A stretch of 64,000 bases of DNA, from the IMG/VR virus record IMGVR_UViG_3300034082_000137; one strand, written 5' to 3'. The position numbers and the translations under genes are program-made. Positions within the stretch are counted from its first letter, which is position 1. The number at the start of each line of letters is the position of its first letter. Of the stretch, positions 45,392 to 54,718 are shown piece after piece. Source of the stretch: an uncultured virus (IMG/VR IMGVR_UViG_3300034082_000137) (taxonomy: Duplodnaviria; Heunggongvirae; Uroviricota; Caudoviricetes). The notes under the pieces were generated by a model. That model was not told where the DNA came from. It was given only the letters and a program-made list of their open reading frames with translations, and ran no database searches.

Positions 45392-45949
45392 TTACTCGTA
45401 AAGAATATTGACGCTGCCAGCATCGAAGGTGTCTGTGCCGTTGACTGTAGTGATGCGTACCATATTAAGAACACCACCAAGGGACACAGTACCGCCTAAA
45501 GAAATAGACATTGCAGTAGAAGCAGAACTAGAAACAGTACCTGAACCTACCCAAGTATTTCCTGATAAGTTTGCAAAAGTTAAAATACCTTGGCTTACAA
45601 ATGCTGCATTGTCCCAACCAATAATAAAACCTGCTGTACTAGTTTGTGTAGAAGTTCCTGTGTAAACTCGACCAGCCGCACTTACATAACCCGTAGTTGC
45701 TGGAGTGCCTCCAGTTCCTAATTGAATTAAATAATTTGACGCACCATTAGTAGAAACTCCACTAAACATCACGGTAATCCGCTTAACCCAAGACGGGATG
45801 TCGGTAAAGTTAATGCTAGTACCCGATGTGGAAGCTACGGCTGTGCCAGATGTAAGAACACCCACACCTGTTGGTGTGCCAGATGTCACAGGGCTGGTTA
45901 AAGTTATCGGTGCGTTTAAACCCGCCTGACTTATTGTGCTGATTGGCAT
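45392..45949 (-). CDS. Tail-associated paralog C
   Basis: Same domain. Confidence 0.8.
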   Translation of the reverse strand: MPISTISQAGLNAPITLTSPVTSGTPTGVGVLTSGTAVASTSGTSINFTDIPSWVKRITVMFSGVSTNGASNYLIQLGTGGTPATTGYVSAAGRVYTGTSTQTSTAGFIIGWDNAAFVSQGILTFANLSGNTWVGSGTVSSSASTAMSISLGGTVSLGGVLNMVRITTVNGTDTFDAGSVNILYE

Positions 45950-45958
45950 AGGTGTTCC

Positions 45959-46459
45959 TTATGTTGCACTTATTTTAGGTGCTAGCTTGCCGTATGCAGA
46001 TTCTGCAATGTGTTTTTCAATCAAAGATGCCATAGATACGACAACACGGTCTCCATTTTTTATAGGTGTAGACGAATGCTCCTCAATACTGGAAAAGCAT
46101 ATCCAAACATCCCCCTCTTTCACGTCAAGTTCTACTCCATCCAACACAGGTTTTCCGCCGAACTTAGGCATTTCTATGGCTACGTTGCACCGAACATGGT
46201 GAAACCCTACTGGCGCTGGGTCGGTATGCACATGCACATGCGCCCCCATTAAGTAGTTATTCCCAATAAAATGCCCCAACTCAGGCTCTTCCATTTCCCA
46301 AACAAGACCAAAACGGGAAAACAACTCATCAACAATGCTTTGGTCTATTTTTAACTTTGACGCAAAACGTCTCCCATATCCATTCGGGCGCATTAAGTTA
46401 CCCGTTGCCAACGACCCCAACTGTTTGGCTATATCAGGGGCGTGTATAACCCGTTGCAT
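45959..46459 (-). CDS. 2OG-Fe(II) oxygenase superfamily protein
   Basis: HTD...H (EEHSS) facial triad and distal R (GDRVVVS). Confidence 0.8.
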   Translation of the reverse strand: MQRVIHAPDIAKQLGSLATGNLMRPNGYGRRFASKLKIDQSIVDELFSRFGLVWEMEEPELGHFIGNNYLMGAHVHVHTDPAPVGFHHVRCNVAIEMPKFGGKPVLDGVELDVKEGDVWICFSSIEEHSSTPIKNGDRVVVSMASLIEKHIAESAYGKLAPKISAT

Positions 46460-46461
46460 TT

Positions 46462-46824
46462 TTACGCACTAACGGTAGGTTTAGCAAAGGACAGCGGGTT
46501 CACGCCTTTTGGGATGGTGTCTGGGTCAATGATGTCTTCAACTTTATCCCCAAAACGTAGCGCATGTATGCAATAGGCTACGGTGTCTGGTTCCAACGCC
46601 ACCAGCTTATGTTCCTTTTCCGCCTTAATGTAGATCATGTGCGGGGCTGAAAACTGCGTAACTACGCCATCTACCTCAAGTTCCACAGAGCCGGAAGCCA
46701 AAAGCGTCAGATGGTCAAATGGGTGTGTATGCCCAAGCTCAATGTCCCCTGCAGCTTTGAAGTGCATCATCCGGCAAAACAAGTTTGCTACGCAGCTTAT
46801 TGCTATATGTGGGGGTAAGTTCAT
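46462..46824 (-). CDS. Cupin-domain protein
   Basis: GHTHPFDH.....GSV and IYI.AEKEH motifs. Confidence 0.82.
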   Translation of the reverse strand: MNLPPHIAISCVANLFCRMMHFKAAGDIELGHTHPFDHLTLLASGSVELEVDGVVTQFSAPHMIYIKAEKEHKLVALEPDTVAYCIHALRFGDKVEDIIDPDTIPKGVNPLSFAKPTVSA

Positions 46825-47147
46825 TGGTTGCCATCCATAAATAAAGTACTTGGTATTTCATTCCAAAACCACGTCCACGTTGTTGGGTCTAGCGTAGCTT
46901 CTGGGTGGGGCTTTACACCATAAAAAACGTCGTTTTGAGGGTCGTAAGTATACCCAACACCTGCATAATTCCCTCGTAGCGCTAGTCCACCATCTGGTTG
47001 ACCATCAGCGCCGTAATGCAAATTACCGCGTGTGTTGTATGAAGTCTGCACCCATAAATCTTTATCTGGTAGGGTATCAATAAAATCTTGCTCGGCAACG
47101 ATAACCGAGTCCACTACGCCGTCAACAACCCGTGCAAAATGGCTCAT
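46821..47147 (-). CDS. Tail-fibre-associated protein
   Basis: MSHFA...WVQTSYN...RGNYAGVGYTYD; coupled to the Gly-rich fibre. Confidence 0.7.
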   Translation of the reverse strand: MSHFARVVDGVVDSVIVAEQDFIDTLPDKDLWVQTSYNTRGNLHYGADGQPDGGLALRGNYAGVGYTYDPQNDVFYGVKPHPEATLDPTTWTWFWNEIPSTLFMDGNQ

Positions 47148-48427
47148 GCTGTGTATGTCCCAGAAGTTAAGAAGGTGTGGTACGAGTACCCGCCCGAAGA
47201 TGAGTAAGTTCCGCCAGTTCCTCTTTGTGCACCAGCGTACCGGATTATGATAATACCTGACCCACCCGGAGAACCTGCGGATGCAGCGTATGCAGAACGC
47301 CCTGCACCACCCGCGCCACCACCTGTATTGGTAACTCCAATTCCACCACCACCCGAAGTTGCCCCTGCGCCGCCGCCGCCTAGACCCGCTGCTCCGGGAG
47401 TAGCATTGTATGCTCCACCGCCTCCGCCCCCGCCATAGTAAGTGCTATTAGCAGCCCAAAGATAGCCCGTGCCACCCGTGCCGCCAGTACCTTTATATCC
47501 TACTGCAGCCGATCCATTTGCAGCAGCACCGCCCGCACCTCCGTAAACCCATGTGTTATCGCCTCCAGTTACAAAGCCGTTTCCACTAACACCTGCAGTA
47601 GTACCACCAGTAGCGCTTGCTACGGTAACAATAGTTGAGGTAACCCCGGTTGCATTTTGCGCCCCCCCGCCTCCAACAGTAACTGTATACACTGTAGAAG
47701 TAGCTAGTGTAGTAGTGGCAGTTGCAGTTCCACCCCCGCCACCTGCTCTGTTAATGAAACTAGCAAAACTAGAACCGCCCCCGCCAGCAACAATAAGATA
47801 TTCCGCTGAGTAGCCAAAAACTGTAGCTGTGGTAAAAGAAGTTGGGGAAGACCAGTCTGACCAAACATCAGTAACAACATTCCTATACCGTACTCTCCAA
47901 TAGTACAAAGTGCTAGTGCTTAGGCCACCAAACGGTTTAGTAAAAGTAATTACTGCGCCTTGTGTACCGCTATCGTAAGCCGTTGTAGCAAAAATGGGGC
48001 TTGTAGATATTTGCCACTGACTGCTATTTTGTGGGTAGCCATATAGCGCATAGTACGCTGTTCCAGTCATAGCTATAGGGTCTTGTACAGCAGTCGCCCC
48101 TTGAGCAGGTGTTACATTGGTTGGGGTAGCTACTGTCGGTAAGGTAGTCCCACCGGTTGTTGCGATGACTTGAGTTATAGGACTTGTGTAGTACACATAG
48201 ATATTATTAGTCCCGGTCAACGGAGCAGAAGTAAATGTAATGGTGTTGCCGCTGACTGAATACGCCGAACTAGGGTTCTGGGCTACGTTATCAACCGTGA
48301 CCTGTATCTGTGCTACAGACGCAACTTGTCGAGACAGTGTAAACGCCGTAGTAGAAGCGTTACCATTGAAATAATCAATGGCTGGTGTAAACGCCTGTGT
48401 AATATTGGTGTTGCCTATAAAAGCCAT
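47144..48427 (-). CDS. Tail fibre with FN3-like and Gly-rich domains
   Basis: LYYWRVRY...WSDWS FN3-like motif; EYLIVAGGGG domain. Confidence 0.8.
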   Translation of the reverse strand: MAFIGNTNITQAFTPAIDYFNGNASTTAFTLSRQVASVAQIQVTVDNVAQNPSSAYSVSGNTITFTSAPLTGTNNIYVYYTSPITQVIATTGGTTLPTVATPTNVTPAQGATAVQDPIAMTGTAYYALYGYPQNSSQWQISTSPIFATTAYDSGTQGAVITFTKPFGGLSTSTLYYWRVRYRNVVTDVWSDWSSPTSFTTATVFGYSAEYLIVAGGGGSSFASFINRAGGGGGTATATTTLATSTVYTVTVGGGGAQNATGVTSTIVTVASATGGTTAGVSGNGFVTGGDNTWVYGGAGGAAANGSAAVGYKGTGGTGGTGYLWAANSTYYGGGGGGGAYNATPGAAGLGGGGAGATSGGGGIGVTNTGGGAGGAGRSAYAASAGSPGGSGIIIIRYAGAQRGTGGTYSSSGGYSYHTFLTSGTYTA

Positions 48428-48751
48428 TTAGACCACCGTCAATCCTGATACCCAAGCGTCTGCTGATGTTGCTGCGCTTGAGACTACCACCAAAACATCT
48501 GAAGCCTGCAAAATAATCCTATTGCCTTGGATTACCTCTAACGACCCGCCAACTGGGACGGTTGCCGTCTCTACCAAATAGTAGTTGACCGCCGAACGGG
48601 TGATGTAAACGTCACAGGTAATTGGAGAAACGGAAGTGTTGGACACCACAAGGCTGGCTACAGCCAATGTGCCAGAAGAAACTGTTGTGACGGTTGAACC
48701 GCTGGTGCTTATGTTCTTAACCCCATACGATACGTTGGTGTAGGTTGCCAT
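48428..48751 (-). CDS. Virion structural protein (107 aa)
   Basis: Beta-rich ORF in the tail module. Confidence 0.75.
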   Translation of the reverse strand: MATYTNVSYGVKNISTSGSTVTTVSSGTLAVASLVVSNTSVSPITCDVYITRSAVNYYLVETATVPVGGSLEVIQGNRIILQASDVLVVVSSAATSADAWVSGLTVV

Positions 48752-48754
48752 TTC

Positions 48755-49798
48755 TTATCCCATCATAAAAGCTAAATAGTACGCATCATCTAGCGAGGCT
48801 GCGGAGCTTGCAACCCATGTCGGGCCTGTACCATTTGAAGTCAAAATAGTCCCGTTTGCCCCAATTGGCAATTTAGACAGAGCAGTGCCAGAAACATAGT
48901 AAGAAATGTCACCAACAGCATAGCTTGTTAGTCCTGTACCGCCGTAATTACTAGCAATAGTTCCGCCCTGCCATGTACCGCCTGTGATGACCGTAGAGTT
49001 CATGTTAAGGGCGTTAGTACCCCAAGTCACATTCTCTGGGAGATACCCGTGGTAGTCCCATGTACCCGCAACAGTGGCGTTAGATACCAATACAAGTTCA
49101 ATCGCGCCACCAGAGGTAATCGTTCCAATCGAGCCAGTGGCATAGTCTTGGAGTGTCAGTGTTCCAGTTGCGTTATTGTTAAACCCAAACGCTACGCCTG
49201 TACTCAGGGTAGTCGCATCAGGCATTGTGTAAGTCTGATTGCCTGTGCCAGTAAGGGTCTGAGAGTAACTAGATGCCGCAGTTAGCGCCGTTGTGCCACC
49301 TGCCGCTGCGATAGAGGTATTGGACTGGTTTAAACGGTTAATAGATACGTTCTGGTTAGCATCACGAATCATTACCGAGTTAGCGCCAGAGGAAGAAGTT
49401 ACGCCTGTGCCACCATAAGCCACGCCTATGGTTGTACCCTGCCAAGTACCGGAGGCAATTGTGCCCAACGGACTGACGTTACCAGATGCGTCTAAATTAA
49501 CAGACTTGCTAGATGGATAGGTTACAAAGACATTGACCGTACCGCTAAACGTAACCGCTGAACCAGAGTTGCTGGACGACAGAATGGTTGTGCGTGTAAG
49601 CGTAGGCCCGGTAGTTGAGTACGTGCCAATTCCTACCTCAAAGTTGCCCGTAGCGTCAAAGGAAGAGTAGTAGGTGGTATTGCCGTCGCCCACCACGGCA
49701 AAAGATTGGAAGCCCGCGACAGAGCCAGTAAGCGTAAAACTTACTGTGGTGTTGGCTGTGCCAGTCTGTTGTACCCGGTCATTTAGGGCTAGAGCCAT
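48755..49798 (-). CDS. Tail fibre / proximal fibre protein
   Basis: GTWQG..I...YGGTG repeats. Confidence 0.75.
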   Translation of the reverse strand: MALALNDRVQQTGTANTTVSFTLTGSVAGFQSFAVVGDGNTTYYSSFDATGNFEVGIGTYSTTGPTLTRTTILSSSNSGSAVTFSGTVNVFVTYPSSKSVNLDASGNVSPLGTIASGTWQGTTIGVAYGGTGVTSSSGANSVMIRDANQNVSINRLNQSNTSIAAAGGTTALTAASSYSQTLTGTGNQTYTMPDATTLSTGVAFGFNNNATGTLTLQDYATGSIGTITSGGAIELVLVSNATVAGTWDYHGYLPENVTWGTNALNMNSTVITGGTWQGGTIASNYGGTGLTSYAVGDISYYVSGTALSKLPIGANGTILTSNGTGPTWVASSAASLDDAYYLAFMMG

Positions 49799-49808
49799 TT
49801 AAGACCCC

Positions 49809-50408
49809 TTATGAAGTCGCAGTAGTCGAGTACGTAACAGTTACGGTGTCGCCAGAAGTAACAGTCTTGGCAGTGCTGAAGTTTCCTTCGGAGTACAAAG
49901 TACCCGCAGTGCTGGAGATTGTGCTGACCGCGCCAGTACCTGTTACCAAGAAACAACCATACACAGTAGCGGAACCTGTCATTGTGTAGGTAATTGCTGT
50001 GGCTGTAGACGTAGTCACGTTTGATGGAGTTAAGCCAGACGAACTAGCCACCGCAAATACTGCTGTACCGCGAACCGCTGAACCGCCCACGGTGTAGGTG
50101 GTCAACTCAGTCCATGTCTTAGAAGCCATAGTGTCTGCGGCTGCAAACGTGGTGCTGTTGTTAATCAGGCCAAGGAACGGCCCAACTGTGGTGTATGTTC
50201 CAGAGGTACGGAGCAGGGTGTCCAGCAACAACTGCTTACCAACAGCCACAACCAAGTTAGGGAACGCTTCGTCCCACTTGAGGTTGCCTTGTGCGTCACG
50301 GCACTCGACTTTGTAATAGCCTTCGATGCCCATACCTTCTGGGATAGACGCATTAGCTTGCAGGGTGGCTACAGCGTTGTCTCCAAAACCTGATTGTTCT
50401 TTGTGCAT
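49809..50408 (-). CDS. Virion structural protein (199 aa)
   Basis: T/S-rich ORF in the tail module; AGGAG RBS. Confidence 0.75.
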   Translation of the reverse strand: MHKEQSGFGDNAVATLQANASIPEGMGIEGYYKVECRDAQGNLKWDEAFPNLVVAVGKQLLLDTLLRTSGTYTTVGPFLGLINNSTTFAAADTMASKTWTELTTYTVGGSAVRGTAVFAVASSSGLTPSNVTTSTATAITYTMTGSATVYGCFLVTGTGAVSTISSTAGTLYSEGNFSTAKTVTSGDTVTVTYSTTATS

Positions 50409-50416
50409 GGTGGCTC

Positions 50417-50830
50417 CTAATTAGAACTGCGAATTAACGCAGAAGTGGCTGTATTGGCTGGCATTGTGATGGTGAACGTACCGGTAGATGTCTTATCTGA
50501 CCCAAAATCCAACACCGCAATGGATTTATTTCCTTGGCTGTAATTGTAAATCAAGGCACACCGTGCCGTCACTGATGTTGACCATGAAACATTTGCAAAA
50601 TTAACGTACACCGTATAGCCAGAAGAGTTAAGCGTTACCCCTGTCATAACGGCTCCACCCGCTGTGTAACCTGACGCTACAACCTCATTTGAGGTGCTAT
50701 ACACCGTGGTATCTTCATCAAGACTAGCATCTGCCGTGTACAGGGCGATCTTGATTGTGTCCGTCAGCAGGTTATGCACCGCTTGGTACACCTCTGCTTT
50801 AAATGAAGTAGTCTGTGTTTGGACGATCAT
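50417..50830 (-). CDS. Virion structural protein (137 aa)
   Basis: KIALYT...GYTAGG...ALIYN...VLDFG pattern. Confidence 0.75.
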   Translation of the reverse strand: MIVQTQTTSFKAEVYQAVHNLLTDTIKIALYTADASLDEDTTVYSTSNEVVASGYTAGGAVMTGVTLNSSGYTVYVNFANVSWSTSVTARCALIYNYSQGNKSIAVLDFGSDKTSTGTFTITMPANTATSALIRSSN

Positions 50831-51510
50831 TACATGACCCCATTATTCTGGGGTAAAGGCGCAGCGCGGTACTGACCACTACGATACGCATCGCTACGCT
50901 CAAGGCCATCACCCAGACGTTTAGCGAGCATTAACGCTTCCTTGTACTTGCCATCGTACAGTGCAACCATGTCGGCTTCGCCCTTCATGTAGGTATACGC
51001 CTCTACCAACGCGCCGTAAAGCAGCACAGAGTCAAAGTTGTCACCTAACCAAGTGGTTAACGCAGTGGTAATGGACTCTGGGTAGTAGTAATAGTGAAGC
51101 TCTGCAGAATACGTAGCATCCGGCGTTGGGCCAAGAATGAACGAAAGCTCATTACTTATTGTGGAGCTAGTAACTGTTGGGCCAAACAAGGCGTAGTACT
51201 TAGGGGTAGCTGTGTCAGTTGGCTGTGGATACGCTTCACGAATGAAGTTGACGTCCTTGTTAAGTAAAAACGTGTACACCCCAGCCGCATCAATTACCGC
51301 TAGAGAATAAGACGAAAGGTAGTCGTTGGGGCACGACAGGTACTTATTGTTAACTGTAACTGACCCCGTCACGTTTTTCCGCAACGAGGGGAACTGAACG
51401 GTGTTGTAAACGCGCTGCTCTGCCTGCTGAATGAACGTATTCATGTCAGTAGTGCTGAACGTGTTCTCCGTGTAATCGGAGATTGCAGTGACTAGAGCAG
51501 CGTAGTTCAT
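50830..51510 (-). CDS. Head-tail adaptor / tail tubular protein A-like
   Basis: Size, position and GPTPD..Y..ELHYY, LLYGAL motifs. Confidence 0.65.
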   Translation of the reverse strand: MNYAALVTAISDYTENTFSTTDMNTFIQQAEQRVYNTVQFPSLRKNVTGSVTVNNKYLSCPNDYLSSYSLAVIDAAGVYTFLLNKDVNFIREAYPQPTDTATPKYYALFGPTVTSSTISNELSFILGPTPDATYSAELHYYYYPESITTALTTWLGDNFDSVLLYGALVEAYTYMKGEADMVALYDGKYKEALMLAKRLGDGLERSDAYRSGQYRAAPLPQNNGVM

Positions 51511-51513
51511 ACT

Positions 51514-51780
51514 TTATGCCATTGGGCCTCGAGCCATCACACCTTTGGTAGCACAACCAGTTCCACGAATTTTGATGCCAGAGGTTTTGGTTGGCTCGTT
51601 GCCAGCGGACTTGCTGATAGCGCCAATGCTTACATCCAGCGAATCCAGCTTGCTACGGTTAGGTTCTTTGCCGGGGTTCTCAGCTACGGTTACGCTGCCG
51701 CCTGACATAGTGTGAGGTTTAGCGTAAAGGCTGGCAGGGCCAACTTCTTTGCCCATGCGTTTCATGCTTTGTGTTGCCAT
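51514..51780 (-). CDS. Small basic protein (88 aa)
   Basis: RGTGCATKG motif. Confidence 0.75.
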   Translation of the reverse strand: MATQSMKRMGKEVGPASLYAKPHTMSGGSVTVAENPGKEPNRSKLDSLDVSIGAISKSAGNEPTKTSGIKIRGTGCATKGVMARGPMA

Positions 51781-51781
51781 A

Positions 51782-51970
51782 TTAGCCTCGCTTTTGGTTA
51801 GCTACTTTAGCCAGACCACGGCCTAGCTTCAGCATATCTTCATTGGTCTTGCCGCCTTTACCACCTTTGCCGCCGTGCATAGCGCTAGATGTGGGGCCAC
51901 TATCACCAAGATTTTTGCCTTTGGTCTTGCCTTTTGAAACAATACCGTCTGCGGATTTTGTAAATGCCAT
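51782..51970 (-). CDS. Small basic protein (62 aa)
   Basis: ADGIVSKGKTKG motif; AGGAG RBS. Confidence 0.75.
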   Translation of the reverse strand: MAFTKSADGIVSKGKTKGKNLGDSGPTSSAMHGGKGGKGGKTNEDMLKLGRGLAKVANQKRG

Positions 51971-51979
51971 GATTATCTC

Positions 51980-52369
51980 CTATGAAACCGTAATACTGAC
52001 TATACCAACATTCGTCGTTGCAACCAAGTAGTTCTGCGTCAACGCAACGTCAAAAAATGATGCCCCACCTACCGGGTACCAACCCCACTGAATATCTCTA
52101 GAGCCCCCCGCAGGGTACCCACTTGTGTTTGTGCCCGATGTAACATAAGTCGGGTCATGGCGCGGGTTACGCACAGCCTGTGGATCATCTACTGGAAACA
52201 TACCCAACTGCAACTGCGGTTGATCTGGGTCCCAGCACTCAGGACACACCAAAAGGTTGTATTCTTTGAGCTTGATAATCTCTTTCTTTAGCTGCTTCAG
52301 TTTATACCGTTGCCCACAGCGGTCGCACTCGGCGATGCTGTGTTTGCCTGACGCGAATCTATTGCCCAT
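51980..52369 (-). CDS. Zn-binding conserved phage protein
   Basis: CDRC...CPEC. Confidence 0.78.
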   Translation of the reverse strand: MGNRFASGKHSIAECDRCGQRYKLKQLKKEIIKLKEYNLLVCPECWDPDQPQLQLGMFPVDDPQAVRNPRHDPTYVTSGTNTSGYPAGGSRDIQWGWYPVGGASFFDVALTQNYLVATTNVGIVSITVS

Positions 52370-52372
52370 AAC

Positions 52373-53293
52373 TTAATTTATAAACATCTGACGTGGGACG
52401 AACCGCGACGCCGCTGATTCCCTATCTTCTGTTGCAGCAAGCTGCCATGCTTCGTCGTACTGTGCTTTGAGGATGTCCAGCCGCATTGCCCCGTTAGGGA
52501 CCTTCAGAGCCAAGTAATAGGCCAAACCTGCCACCATGCAGGGTAAGAACCGGAACGGTACATCCATTGTGTTTACACCGCCACCTGCATCGTCAATACG
52601 GCGCATGCGGTAATAAACTAATTGGTAAGTAGTAGTGTTGTCTGGGGTAGGCCATACCGTCACGCAGGGTAGGTTCTGCGCGTATACGGGGGTTCCATTG
52701 ATGTGCGATGCCGCAGTGGTGTTAGCCTGCCCACGGTAGCAATATAAAAGTTGGTTGCCTTCGACAGAACCGTAGTAAATGATCTCTGACTCAATTATTA
52801 CAAAGCCAGATGTAGCCAGACCTACTGTAGTAGCCACAGTAATCGTAGTATCCGTAGCTGTGATTGCGCTTGTCAAAGCTGTACCGATAGCTGACCGCTC
52901 ACCGTCAAGCCGCTGTATCCAAATTTGAATAGGGCGAGCCTGCTGAAGTTTGTTAGGGATCGTAGCGTAGGTAGATACACTAATGCGTGTGATTGTTAGG
53001 TCAGCTTGTGTTGAGGCACTGCCTGCTCCAGTACGTATAACGTGCTCTAAAAGGTCCACAGTGTCCACGGGCAAGGCGTAGGTGGATAGGCCCGGAGTCA
53101 GGGTGATTGTCCCTTGCTCAAACGTCCACATGTTTACGCCGCGATTGGCCCAGTCAGCAAACAGTAAGTTAAGCGATCGGCGGGCTGTCTTCAAGTCATA
53201 ACCCGAGCGAAGTTCAGAACCCGCACGCTCAAACGCCTCCTCCACCAACTCGGTGAGGTCTAGGTTAAACGCTGAGGTTCCTGAACTTGCCAT
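52373..53293 (-). CDS. Head-tail connector / adaptor-like protein with inserted beta domain
   Basis: Helical N- and C-termini, VWPTPD motif; position after the head genes. Confidence 0.65.
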   Translation of the reverse strand: MASSGTSAFNLDLTELVEEAFERAGSELRSGYDLKTARRSLNLLFADWANRGVNMWTFEQGTITLTPGLSTYALPVDTVDLLEHVIRTGAGSASTQADLTITRISVSTYATIPNKLQQARPIQIWIQRLDGERSAIGTALTSAITATDTTITVATTVGLATSGFVIIESEIIYYGSVEGNQLLYCYRGQANTTAASHINGTPVYAQNLPCVTVWPTPDNTTTYQLVYYRMRRIDDAGGGVNTMDVPFRFLPCMVAGLAYYLALKVPNGAMRLDILKAQYDEAWQLAATEDRESAASRFVPRQMFIN

Positions 53294-53295
53294 GA

Positions 53296-53472
53296 TTATT
53301 TCATGCCTTTAAGGGTTTGGGCTAGGCGAGCACGTTGGCCCATTTTACCGGGCTTCTTTGCTGCAGCGGCTAGTTTTTTAGCGGGGATCGGCTTATCGCC
53401 TTTAACTCCAAGCGCGGCACGCAATGCACCGGGCTTTTTAATCGCGCCAGCAATCCAGTTTTTCGTAGCCAT
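53296..53472 (-). CDS. Small basic protein (58 aa, MATKNWIAGAIKKPGAL...)
   Basis: Read from the sequence; TAATG overlap with the upstream gene. Confidence 0.75.
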   Translation of the reverse strand: MATKNWIAGAIKKPGALRAALGVKGDKPIPAKKLAAAAKKPGKMGQRARLAQTLKGMK

Positions 53473-53705
53473 TATCTAAACCCCGCTGTTTTCTTAGCAA
53501 TTGTTTTTGGCTGTGCTACGAATTGTTTTCCGGCTTTTTTGCCAGCACGCTTCGCACGCGTTGTTGCAGCATACTCACTAGGGCTAAGACTTTTAATCGC
53601 AGCACTTGGTAGGTATCTTTCACCTGTGTCAGAAGATTTTTTACCACTTTTAGTTCTCCATTTTTGGTCGCCCCAATCTTTGAGCGATTTTTGCGGGGCT
53701 TTCAT
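53472..53705 (-). CDS. Small basic protein (MKAPQKSLKDW...)
   Basis: QKWRTKSGK...GERYLP motif; start set at ATG 53705. Confidence 0.75.
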   Translation of the reverse strand: MKAPQKSLKDWGDQKWRTKSGKKSSDTGERYLPSAAIKSLSPSEYAATTRAKRAGKKAGKQFVAQPKTIAKKTAGFR

Positions 53706-53706
53706 A

Positions 53707-53985
53707 TCAGTCTCTGTACCCGCCACCTGCCGCCTTGTATTTCTTAGCGACAAGCTGTGCTTTACGTGCTGACCATTTGCCCGCTCCGGTGCCTTGGGTT
53801 GCCGCAGCTTTTACTTGCGACAAAATCTTCTTGCGAAGACTAGGCTTTGTGTAGTTGCCCGCAGCATTAACCTTGCCGCCTTCAGCGTACATTTCAACCT
53901 TGTTCGGATCATCCTTACGGGTGATCGTCTTGCCTTTGGGCATCTTGGAGGGGTTAATAGCCCCCATGCCGCGACTGGCAATCAC
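53707..53985 (-). CDS. Small basic protein (YTKP.LR...WSARKAQL...GGGY type)
   Basis: Conserved motif recurrent in phage head modules. Confidence 0.75.
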   Translation of the reverse strand: MIASRGMGAINPSKMPKGKTITRKDDPNKVEMYAEGGKVNAAGNYTKPSLRKKILSQVKAAATQGTGAGKWSARKAQLVAKKYKAAGGGYRD

Positions 53986-54212
53986 TTCTTGCCCCTAGAC
54001 ATGCCGCCACTGCACATGGTAATCATCTTACCTTTAGTCTTGCCACGGGACTCGATACCGCCGCCACGGATGGACCCACCCTTGGCCTTTTTTACTACTG
54101 GTTCATCCACAGGTACTGAGTCAGGGTACTGTACGGGTTTTGGCTTTGGTTTCGGAGCAGGCTTTGGCTTAGCTACAGGCTCGTCCACCGGAGTAGCGTC
54201 GGGGTATTTCAT
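53982..54212 (-). CDS. Small basic protein with internal YPD..PVDEPV duplication
   Basis: Direct peptide repeat around a PK linker. Confidence 0.72.
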   Translation of the reverse strand: MKYPDATPVDEPVAKPKPAPKPKPKPVQYPDSVPVDEPVVKKAKGGSIRGGGIESRGKTKGKMITMCSGGMSRGKK

Positions 54213-54716
54213 TTAGCAAATCTTTCCACGAGTTTTGCCTTTGGTAGCAATACCGTCGGCACGGGATGAAGCTGACACTGAACCACCTGAAGCATAACCT
54301 TTGCTAGCGTAGCGTTCCTGAAAAGTCATTTGAGCTTTTGGTTTTGCTTTTTCGCTTTCACGTAAGGCAGAACGGCTGGCTGAGTCTTTTTCCGACGCTG
54401 ATTTCGGCCTGAAAAAATCTGCGATTGCTTTTGGTACATTAGTCGTTTGGATTTTACGCGCAGGAGTAGTTGGGGCGGGGGCTTTGGAACTGCGGCCTTC
54501 GTTGCTAAAGTTAGGCTTAGGTTTAGGCATTGTCGTTTTACGCATCGCAGGGGCTTCTGGTTCTTTAGAACTCATAAAGTCTTGCTTTGGCATTGCTTTC
54601 TCGTCACGGTCGCCTTCTTCCATGCCACGTTTAATCATAGTCGCTTCTTGGTCCGCCAAATCTTGATCGACAAAACCAGCTTCAGCGAAGCGTTTTACAC
54701 GTTTTTTAGTAGCCAT
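54213..54716 (-). CDS. Basic low-complexity protein (167 aa)
   Basis: C-terminal YASGG...RADGIATKGKTRG. Confidence 0.75.
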   Translation of the reverse strand: MATKKRVKRFAEAGFVDQDLADQEATMIKRGMEEGDRDEKAMPKQDFMSSKEPEAPAMRKTTMPKPKPNFSNEGRSSKAPAPTTPARKIQTTNVPKAIADFFRPKSASEKDSASRSALRESEKAKPKAQMTFQERYASKGYASGGSVSASSRADGIATKGKTRGKIC

Positions 54717-54718
54717 GA

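Noticed and set aside
42909..45949. Diversity-generating retroelement or shufflon
   Set aside because: No reverse transcriptase or invertase in the window; the copies are in direct orientation and differences are not adenine-specific
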